Source: a virus (Duplodnaviria; Heunggongvirae; Uroviricota; Caudoviricetes). From it: 41,015 bases of DNA. Positions 34,417 to 41,015 of this stretch are shown here, piece after piece; within the stretch, counting starts at the first letter, position 1, and each line of letters starts with the position of its first letter. The DNA lies in IMG/VR virus record IMGVR_UViG_2880389630_000006, one strand, 5' to 3'. The notes below the pieces were generated by a model. The model had not been told where the DNA came from, did not search any database, and saw nothing but the letters and a program-made list of their open reading frames with translations. The translations under genes and the position numbers were made by a program.

Positions 34417-34647
34417 TCATGAGTAGAAGAAGTATGCCAGTTCCGCTTTTGAGCGCAGCCATTGTCTTGTTTTACATGCTTTAAAAAGCCCATTCATCAA
34501 TACCTTACCTGGCATTTTGCGCTTACCTGTTAAGTGAGTCTGGATATAGTGACTCGTCGTTCCGGCTTCCTGTGCGAAGGCTTCACGCTCATCCGGAGTA
34601 AGTGCAAGCCAGTGCTTTTTGAAATCGAAATGTCCGTTATCGCTCAT
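34417..34647 (-). CDS. Cro-like HTH regulator
   Basis: 76 aa, divergent from the repressor gene across the operator cluster; HTH-like AFAQEAGTTSHYIQTHLTGKRK. Confidence 0.5.
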   Translation of the reverse strand: MSDNGHFDFKKHWLALTPDEREAFAQEAGTTSHYIQTHLTGKRKMPGKVLMNGLFKACKTRQWLRSKAELAYFFYS

Positions 34648-34682
34648 AGCTATTGCCTGATATTTATTTCAGATAATAAATA

Positions 34683-34747
34683 TTCACCCATAAGGTAACA
34701 AAAATCAAGGATAGTTACCTATGGGGTGCATTTACCTGTTGGGTAAT
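34683..34747. promoter_or_regulatory. Immunity-region operator cluster (three 17-bp sites) with divergent promoters
   Basis: Sites TTCACC-CATAA-GGTAAC (34683-34699), GTTACC-TATGG-GGTGCA (34714-34730), TTTACC-TGTTG-GGTAAT (34731-34747) in the 154-bp gap between the Cro-like and repressor genes. Confidence 0.55.
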
Positions 34748-34801
34748 ATTGCTTTAAATTGAATCATCTACTGATTCATATATGAGGCGATTTTCCAGAA
34801 A

Positions 34802-35386
34802 ATGAAAAGTATCCAGGACGTCCGCAGGCAAAATCTCAACGACTTGATCGACCGTGAATTCAATGGTGTTCAGACGCGGATGGCAGAAAAACTTGGAACT
34901 CAGGCAAATCTGGTAAACCGCTGGGCTCTTGGCAAGAAGGTTATCGGCGACCAGGTTGCGCGAAAAATTGAAGCTGCCGCCAATAAACCCCGTAACTGGC
35001 TTGATATCGATCGCTCGCTTTCTCAGGAAGGTTTTCAGCCTGTCGGCCCAAGCGACATTGGTCAGCTGGCAGCTCACAACCTGGAACGCTGGATGAGTGA
35101 AAGCCGCGACCTTTCAACTCAGGGAAAACTTCACCGCGCATCCGGCGTCGCCCAGGTGACAATCAGCCGCCTGTTAAACAATGAGGTCAGCGTTTCCATT
35201 TCCACCCTGGAGAATGTTGCATCCGCATTCGGGCGTCACGGATATGAACTACTGATTCACCCGCACGACCCTGCGACTATCAACTATGACCGCTCACGCT
35301 ACGCATTGTTACCCGAAACCGAGAAAGCAAAGATCGAAAGTTACATTGAATTTGTCATCAACCAGAACGAAAAAAACAAACAATAA
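34802..35386 (+). CDS. Prophage repressor, tandem HTH-XRE domains, no S24 peptidase domain
   Basis: Two HTH-like segments (GVQTRMAEKLGTQANLVNRW and ASGVAQVTISRLLNNEVSVSISTLENVASAF); no Ala-Gly/Ser-Lys autocleavage motifs; divergent to the Cro-like gene. Confidence 0.65.
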   Translation: MKSIQDVRRQNLNDLIDREFNGVQTRMAEKLGTQANLVNRWALGKKVIGDQVARKIEAAANKPRNWLDIDRSLSQEGFQPVGPSDIGQLAAHNLERWMSESRDLSTQGKLHRASGVAQVTISRLLNNEVSVSISTLENVASAFGRHGYELLIHPHDPATINYDRSRYALLPETEKAKIESYIEFVINQNEKNKQ

Positions 35387-35406
35387 AACCATATTTTTCA
35401 GTAAGT

Positions 35407-35431
35407 AAGCCGCCTTATGGCGGCTTTTTTA
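35407..35431 (+). terminator. Rho-independent terminator after the repressor gene
   Basis: Stem aagccgcc/ggcggctt, loop ttat, then TTTTTT. Confidence 0.85.
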
Positions 35432-35442
35432 TTGCCTATTCG

Positions 35443-35521
35443 ATTACCTAACGGGTAATTTTTTTAACTCATATCTATTGACATCAAACCATATACGCAT
35501 AATTATTACCTCAACGGTAAC
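35443..35521 (+). promoter_or_regulatory. Early promoter with two operators (OL-like)
   Basis: ATTACC-TAACG-GGTAAT (35443-35459); TTGACA at 35478-35483; A/T-rich -10 region overlapped by ATTACC-TCAAC-GGTAAC (35505-35521). Confidence 0.5.
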
Positions 35522-35539
35522 AGACCGAGGTAACAAGTT

Positions 35540-35692
35540 ATGCAGTGGAAAATCATCAACGGTTGGTACTGCGTTACTGCATGCGGATTCATGAGCTGGA
35601 AGTTCCGCACCTTACAGGAAGGCATTAAGTGGGCTTTCGTCAGCAAAGAAGCTCGCGATGTGGCCAACGATAACGAGATATGGGAGGGCTGA
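35540..35692 (+). CDS. Small ORF (50 aa), first gene of the early operon
   Basis: ATG at 35540 with GAGG 9 nt upstream; MQWKIINGWYCVTACGFMSWKF...; below the 60-aa track cut-off. Confidence 0.35.
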   Translation: MQWKIINGWYCVTACGFMSWKFRTLQEGIKWAFVSKEARDVANDNEIWEG

Positions 35693-35694
35693 TA

Positions 35695-35994
35695 ATGAAC
35701 GTTAATCAGCAGAAAAATCTTCAAAAAATCATGCTGGCATTCGACAAGGACTACCGTCTGTCAGAACAGCTATATGACCGACAAGTTGAACTGATTGAGA
35801 GTATCCGGCTTCATCAACTGGCATCAACTTTCGACGTTGTAACAGTTAAAGGCGTTCGCCAGGAAGTACTGGAGGCCGCTAAAGACAGCCCTGAGTTCGA
35901 AGAACTAATGGATGCCTACCGGCGCGAGGCAATGGCAATTATCGCCCGCTGGGATCTGGCTGATCAGCTTGATGGGCAGAGGGACGCGGCATGA
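35695..35994 (+). CDS. Hypothetical early protein
   Basis: 99 aa from ATG at 35695 (MNVNQQKNLQ...), acidic; overlaps the exonuclease start. Confidence 0.45.
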   Translation: MNVNQQKNLQKIMLAFDKDYRLSEQLYDRQVELIESIRLHQLASTFDVVTVKGVRQEVLEAAKDSPEFEELMDAYRREAMAIIARWDLADQLDGQRDAA

Positions 35995-36812
35995 AACCGG
36001 GAATTTATTTCGACATCAGCAACGAAGACTACCACGCCGGTGACGGCGTGAGTAAGTCGCAACTGGACATGGTTGCCAAGAATCCGGCGCTTCTTAAATG
36101 GGTTCAGGCAGCACCAGAAGACGAAGAGAAAAAGTCTGCACTGGATATGGGAACCGCATTGCACTGTCTGCTTCTGGAGCCTGGAGAGTTCGACAAACGC
36201 TTCATTGTTTCACCGAAATTCGATCGTCGGACGAAACAAGGTAAAGCTGACGAAGAGGAATTTCTTCGTGATGTGGCGGATATGGGGATTACGGTACTTG
36301 ATGCCGAGCAGTGGCGGAAACTGGAGCTGATGCGTGATAGCGCAATGGCTCACCCGGCGGCACGCTGGATGCTGGAAGCACCTGGTTACTGCGAAGCATC
36401 AATGTACTGGAACGATGAAGAGACGGGGGAGTTGTGCCGAATTCGTCCAGACAAATGGCTGAACGAGCACAACGTGATCGTCGACGTGAAAAAGGTTGCA
36501 GATATGGACCGTTTTGCACGCCACATCGAGGAATTCCGCTACCACGTGCAGGACGCAATGTACCGCGAAGGCGCAATGAGGGTTACTGGTCAGCCGCATG
36601 GTTTTTTCTTTCTTGCCGTGAGCGAAAGCATTGATTGTGGTCGGTATCCGGTACGCGTGTTCGAGCTGGATGCGCAGGATGTCGATGCCGGGCACGCTCT
36701 GTTCCGCCGGGATCTGAATACCTATCACGAATGCCGCATCAATGATGAATGGGGCGGTGTGGAAATCATTAAACGCCCTGAGTGGGCACGCAAACAGGAT
36801 ATGTACATATGA
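35991..36812 (+). CDS. RecE-like PD-(D/E)XK exonuclease (exonuclease VIII-type)
   Basis: 273 aa; D...IVDVKK core motif; size and context match prophage exonuclease VIII-like genes; upstream of and overlapping an annealase gene. Confidence 0.65.
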   Translation: MKPGIYFDISNEDYHAGDGVSKSQLDMVAKNPALLKWVQAAPEDEEKKSALDMGTALHCLLLEPGEFDKRFIVSPKFDRRTKQGKADEEEFLRDVADMGITVLDAEQWRKLELMRDSAMAHPAARWMLEAPGYCEASMYWNDEETGELCRIRPDKWLNEHNVIVDVKKVADMDRFARHIEEFRYHVQDAMYREGAMRVTGQPHGFFFLAVSESIDCGRYPVRVFELDAQDVDAGHALFRRDLNTYHECRINDEWGGVEIIKRPEWARKQDMYI

Positions 36813-37750
36813 GCAACGACATCGCAAACATCAACGCACCAGTAGACACAGCAATCGCTGGAACTGCTGCAACTATTTTCAGCCCAGACGGCTTGAACCA
36901 ACTGATGAAATTCGCCGAGGTAATGGCGCAAAGCCGCGTAACGGTACCGGCGCACCTCGCCGGGAAACCAGCTGATTGCATGGCCGTGGCAATGCAGGCT
37001 GCGCAGTGGGGAATGAACCCGTTTGCCGTGGCTCAGAAAACCCATGTTGTGAACGGCACGCTAGGTTATGAAGCCCAATTAGTAAACGCAGTTATCTCAA
37101 CGATGTCGCCAACAAAAGATCGCATCAACTACGAGTGGTTCGGGCCGTGGGAACGCGTGATCGGTAAGTTTGTTGAGAAAACATCCAAAAACGGCAATCC
37201 ATATATCGCACCAGGCTGGACTCTAAAAGACGAAGAAGGCTGCGGTGTTCGCGTATGGGCAACCATGAAGGGCGAGGATCAACCTCGAGTGCTTGAGTTA
37301 ATGCTGTCTCAAGCACAGGTAAGAAACTCCACACTTTGGGCCAGTGATCCGAAACAACAACTCGCATACCTTGCGACAAAACGCTGGTCTCGCCTGCACT
37401 GTCCTGACGTAATCATGGGCGTCTACACCCCAGACGAATTACAGGAAACGGCACCGCGCGTTGAGCGAGACATTACTCCGCAAACGACCACTGCTGCGGG
37501 AATGAACAGTCTGATCAACGCTAAACCAGCGAAAAAGCCTGATGAGCAAACGCGTAAATCGGACAGCCGTGATCCAGAAGAAATGCTGATGGCCTTTACC
37601 AGCGCAGCGATGAATTACAGCACTGTCTCCGAACTGGATAAGGCTTACAAATACATTGCACAAAAACTTTCAGATGATGACGAACTGCTGGCAAAAGCAA
37701 CCGACGTTTACAGCGTTCGTCGGGAAGAATTAAACGAAACATCTATGTAA
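36809..37750 (+). CDS. RecT-family single-strand annealing protein (tentative)
   Basis: ATG at 36809 overlaps the exonuclease stop (ATGA); size and pairing with the exonuclease suggest a RecT/Bet-type annealase. Confidence 0.5.
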   Translation: MSNDIANINAPVDTAIAGTAATIFSPDGLNQLMKFAEVMAQSRVTVPAHLAGKPADCMAVAMQAAQWGMNPFAVAQKTHVVNGTLGYEAQLVNAVISTMSPTKDRINYEWFGPWERVIGKFVEKTSKNGNPYIAPGWTLKDEEGCGVRVWATMKGEDQPRVLELMLSQAQVRNSTLWASDPKQQLAYLATKRWSRLHCPDVIMGVYTPDELQETAPRVERDITPQTTTAAGMNSLINAKPAKKPDEQTRKSDSRDPEEMLMAFTSAAMNYSTVSELDKAYKYIAQKLSDDDELLAKATDVYSVRREELNETSM

Positions 37751-37799
37751 CCACCACCGCGGCGCCACGTGCGCCGCACTGCAACCAAGAGAGGTATTC

Positions 37800-38048
37800 A
37801 TGAAAGGTGCATTAGGTAAGAAAGAACTCCTGGCGGTGGTGCCACTGTCATGGAGCACTATCGACCGTATGGAGCGCGCAGGGGAATTTCCTAAACGCTG
37901 GTATATCACCGATAAACGCTGCGCATGGAACCGTGATGAAGTTGAGCGTTGGCTTGATGAACGTCAGGCAGCAAGCCCGGCAGAGTTCCAGGGTAAAAAG
38001 CCTCCTGTTCAGCAACGTGTATATCGTCCCGTGAGCAACGCTGCATGA
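37800..38048 (+). CDS. AlpA-family HTH protein (transcriptional regulator / excisionase-like)
   Basis: LSWSTIDRMERAGEFPKR...AWNRDEVERWL matches the AlpA/Xis-type winged-helix pattern. Confidence 0.55.
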   Translation: MKGALGKKELLAVVPLSWSTIDRMERAGEFPKRWYITDKRCAWNRDEVERWLDERQAASPAEFQGKKPPVQQRVYRPVSNAA

Positions 38049-38157
38049 GTGCGCTGCTAAGGCACTGGAGCAAATGGTCAGGATGGTACTTATTCCTGGC
38101 CTCTGTTTCAGCATGGCTTTATCTGCTGGCATTAATTTTCAGAGAGGGTTGGATTAA

Positions 38158-38457
38158 GTGAGAAAGTTAAGCCGACTTGAAAAATATCACATGAATAAGG
38201 TTTCAATGCGCAGTCCGTCAAAGATTGTCGCCGTTACTCCTGCGGCGATAGAGATCGAAAAACGCGCGATTGAAAGAGAGAAAAAAGGGCAATTCCGCAT
38301 TGCCGCTCACCTTTGGCTTCAGTGTATGGATGTTGCTTCTGGTGATGTTGAACGTGCAAGGATCGCGGTTCGCAGGGACCAATGTATCACAAAAGGTAAC
38401 GGCCTTCGCCGTGGCGACTATAGCGGCATAGGATGTTGTGGGGTGGTTTATGACTAA
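38158..38457 (+). CDS. Small regulator-like protein, possibly PerC-family
   Basis: Segment RIAAHLWLQCMDVASGDVERARIAVRRDQCI resembles the PerC-family core as I recall it; start is ambiguous (GTG 38158 with SD, or ATG 38191). Confidence 0.35.
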   Translation: MRKLSRLEKYHMNKVSMRSPSKIVAVTPAAIEIEKRAIEREKKGQFRIAAHLWLQCMDVASGDVERARIAVRRDQCITKGNGLRRGDYSGIGCCGVVYD

Positions 38458-39100
38458 GAAATACACACTAATCTATGCAGATCCACCCTGGGTATACCGG
38501 GACAAAGCCGCAGATGGTAATCGCGGTGCCGGTTTTAAATATCCGGTTATGAGTGTGCTGGATATCTGCCGCCTTCCTGTGTGGGATTTGGCCGATGAAA
38601 ACTGTCTGTTGGCCATGTGGTGGGTGCCAACACAACCACTCGAAGCACTAAAAGTTGTTGAAGCCTGGGGATTCCGTCTGATGACGATGAAGGGCTTCAC
38701 GTGGATAAAATGTGGTAGTCGACAACCAGATAAACTGGTTATGGGTATGGGACACATGACTCGCGCCAATAGTGAAGATTGCCTGTTTGCGGTAAAGGGA
38801 AAACTACCTACGCGCATTAATGCAGGGATCGTTCAGTCATTTACCGCACCGCGGCTTGAGCATTCAAGAAAGCCAGATATCGTTCGTGAAAAACTTGTGC
38901 AATTATTAGGCGATGTTTCTCGCATTGAACTGTTCGCCCGCCAGACGTCTCATGGCTTCGATGTTTGGGGTAATCAGTGCGAAGACCCGGCAGTGCAACT
39001 ACACCCTGGATACGCGTTGGATATCGGCGGATTAACAAATGCATTCAGCAATGCTCCGCTGTCACCAACAGACAACCAGGGGCGGGAGCGTGCAGCATGA
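38450..39100 (+). CDS. MT-A70 family N6-adenine DNA methyltransferase
   Basis: Catalytic DPPW motif ([10 protein letters not shown]) near the N-terminus; 216 aa. Confidence 0.8.
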   Translation: MTKKYTLIYADPPWVYRDKAADGNRGAGFKYPVMSVLDICRLPVWDLADENCLLAMWWVPTQPLEALKVVEAWGFRLMTMKGFTWIKCGSRQPDKLVMGMGHMTRANSEDCLFAVKGKLPTRINAGIVQSFTAPRLEHSRKPDIVREKLVQLLGDVSRIELFARQTSHGFDVWGNQCEDPAVQLHPGYALDIGGLTNAFSNAPLSPTDNQGRERAA

Positions 39101-39756
39101 ACCTATATCAACGCATCAATGGCGCTGACTGGTGCAATATCTTCGTCGTCGGCGATCTGCATGGGTGCTACACGCTGCTGATGAACGAACTCGACAAAGT
39201 TTCATTCGACCCGGCGCGCGATTTGCTTATTTCCGTTGGTGACCTTGTTGACCGCGGCGCTGAAAACGTCGAATGCCTGGATTTGATTACTATGCCGTGG
39301 TTCCGAGCTGTTCGTGGCAACCATGAGCAGATGATGCTGGATGCACTGGTCAACGGCGGAAGTTTCGGACATTGGATGTCAAACGGCGGTGGATGGTGGC
39401 ACCAACTTGATTCTGAGCAGGATGTGCAACTCAAATACCTTCTGCCAAAGGTTACCAACCTCCCGATGATTATCGAACTGGTTACCGGCAATAAGAAGGT
39501 CGTCATCTGCCACGCAGACTACCCGCACAACGAATACGCATTCGATAAGCCAGTACCGGAAGAAATGGTGATATGGAATCGTGAGCGGGTTAGCGACGCG
39601 CAGGACGGTATTGTCTCGGAGATAACCGGTGCCGATTTGTTCATCTTCGGTCATACGCCAGCACATCACCCACTGGTGTATGCAAACCAAATGTACATCG
39701 ACACCGGCGCAGTGTTCTGCGGAAATCTGACGCTTACCAAAGTCCAGGAAGGATAG
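39097..39756 (+). CDS. Ser/Thr protein phosphatase, lambda-PPase-like metallophosphoesterase
   Basis: Motifs GDLHGC, GDLVDRG, GNHE and GHTP in canonical order; start overlaps the methyltransferase stop. Confidence 0.85.
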   Translation: MNLYQRINGADWCNIFVVGDLHGCYTLLMNELDKVSFDPARDLLISVGDLVDRGAENVECLDLITMPWFRAVRGNHEQMMLDALVNGGSFGHWMSNGGGWWHQLDSEQDVQLKYLLPKVTNLPMIIELVTGNKKVVICHADYPHNEYAFDKPVPEEMVIWNRERVSDAQDGIVSEITGADLFIFGHTPAHHPLVYANQMYIDTGAVFCGNLTLTKVQEG

Positions 39757-39758
39757 AA

Positions 39759-41015
39759 TTATTTATTACTGTCTTCCATCCACTTCTCAAACTTCGACGG
39801 GGAGAACGGAATCAGATCCGTATGCTCCCCGTTAATCCAGGAATCAATCATATCGGCCCACTGCTGCAACATGTAGGCGCGCTGTCTGGCGTATTCCGCT
39901 TTGTTATATACGGCGCGCACACCTTTCTGCTCGTGTGCCAGAGCCTTTTCAATCCAGTCTGAAGGATAACCAGCCTCATGCAACAATGTACTGGCTGTAC
40001 GGCGCATATCATGTACAGTAAAATCCTGAATATGCTCACCATCTTCATTTATTATTTTCACCGTTCTGTCGATCAGAGAGTTCAGCGCGGCATTAGATAA
40101 TGGCTTCCGGAAATTGTAACGACCAGGAACCAGATATTCACTTCCACCAGCGCACATCTGCAACCCGACTAATATATCCTGTGCCTGTTTAGGCAGGTAA
40201 ATAACGTGCGCCCGACTTCCCTTCATGCGGTCTGAAGGAATTGTCCATGTCCATTTTTTAAAATCTATTTCATCCCACGTTGCATTGGTGAATTCTCCCT
40301 TACGAACCATGGTGATAAGCACCAGCTTTAAAGCCATTTTCATAGTGCCCATAGCACCAATGGCATCCAGCGTGCGGAAGAACAGGCCAATTTCTTCTGG
40401 TGTCAGTGTTCGCTCTCGTGGTTTAAATATGGCGATAGACGAAGGTTTAATGTCAGCCGCAGGATTAAACAAACCATGACCACGGTCATTGGCGTGACGG
40501 TATACGCTGCTGATGATCTCCCTGGCCTGTACTGCTGTTGCCCGACCACCGCGTTCGACAATCCGGTCACACAAATCACGAACCATTGATGTGGTAATTT
40601 CAGCCATCATTTTGTTGCCAAGAACCGGAAGTATGTCACGGTCGATCACCGCCTGCTTCATTGCGCGGGTACTGTCAGCCAGGATGACGTGTTTCATATA
40701 ACTGTCGGTATGTACCGCAAACGTCTCGGCACCACGAATCTTTTTAATACCGTCACGTTTAGCCGCAGCCGGTGACTGGCCTGCTTTAAGCAGCTTCTTT
40801 GCAGCAATCAGTTCTTCTCGCGCTTCTGCCAGGCTGATACCGTCACGCCCATACTGCCCGATTACCAGTGTTTCGCGGCGACCGTTGATACGGTAGTCAT
40901 AGCGAAACGAGACCGTGCCTGACGTAAGCACAGCTACATACAGCCCGTCACGATCGGAGACCTTGTACAGTTTGTCCTGCGGCTTGAGGTTTTTTAATTT
41001 TGTATCGGTAAGCAC
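39759..41015 (-). CDS. int: Tyrosine integrase, N-terminus truncated by the window edge
   Basis: N-terminal LTDTKLKNLKPQDKLYKVSDRDGLYVAV (integrase arm-binding domain); C-terminal catalytic region with HDMRRT and ...GYPSDWIEKALAHE...VRAVYNKAEY; the reading frame runs off the window at 41015. Confidence 0.85.
   Translation of the reverse strand: MLTDTKLKNLKPQDKLYKVSDRDGLYVAVLTSGTVSFRYDYRINGRRETLVIGQYGRDGISLAEAREELIAAKKLLKAGQSPAAAKRDGIKKIRGAETFAVHTDSYMKHVILADSTRAMKQAVIDRDILPVLGNKMMAEITTSMVRDLCDRIVERGGRATAVQAREIISSVYRHANDRGHGLFNPAADIKPSSIAIFKPRERTLTPEEIGLFFRTLDAIGAMGTMKMALKLVLITMVRKGEFTNATWDEIDFKKWTWTIPSDRMKGSRAHVIYLPKQAQDILVGLQMCAGGSEYLVPGRYNFRKPLSNAALNSLIDRTVKIINEDGEHIQDFTVHDMRRTASTLLHEAGYPSDWIEKALAHEQKGVRAVYNKAEYARQRAYMLQQWADMIDSWINGEHTDLIPFSPSKFEKWMEDSNK

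Noticed and set aside
37758-37776. GC-rich hairpin gcggcgc-cacgt-gcgccgc after the annealase gene as a terminator
   Set aside because: No T-run follows; it may be an RNA stability element or binding site, but evidence is insufficient to annotate it.

Overview
The window is almost entirely one integrated temperate phage (about 1.2-41 kb), flanked on the left by two small exported-protein genes and a strong terminator. All calls below are from reading motifs and gene architecture by eye; no database search or folding was run. From the right edge inward: a tyrosine integrase (N-terminus cut by the window end) converges on a plus-strand early operon (small ORFs, RecE-like PD-(D/E)XK exonuclease, RecT-like annealase, AlpA-like HTH protein, possible PerC-like protein, MT-A70 adenine methyltransferase, lambda-type Ser/Thr phosphatase). 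Next come a lambdoid immunity switch (tandem-HTH repressor with no peptidase domain, divergent Cro-like gene, three clustered 17-bp operators) and lambda O/P-like replication genes with ori iterons inside O. A nin-like block follows (DUF1064-type nuclease, HNH endonuclease, Ea22-like, PD-(D/E)XK-like and DUF551-like proteins), then small and large terminase. Between terminase and portal an opposite-strand moron carries tRNA-Arg(UCU) and a Gp49-like gene. The structural module is T7-supergroup-like by gene order (portal, scaffold, capsid, tail tube A/B-like, internal virion proteins, terminal lipoprotein). An accessory island sits between the tail genes and the tailspike: an AT-rich membrane-protein gene, a possible small secreted peptide, a Bro-N antirepressor, and a small paralog of its C-terminal domain behind a perfect LexA box. 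The left end holds a tailspike with C-terminal chaperone domain and a holin / GH19 endolysin / Rz-Rz1 lysis cassette. Non-coding signals that stand out: at least 12 copies of an ATTACC-N5-GGTAAT operator at the immunity region and at moron promoters, and a 12-bp palindrome GTGACATGTCAC present three times at operon ends.
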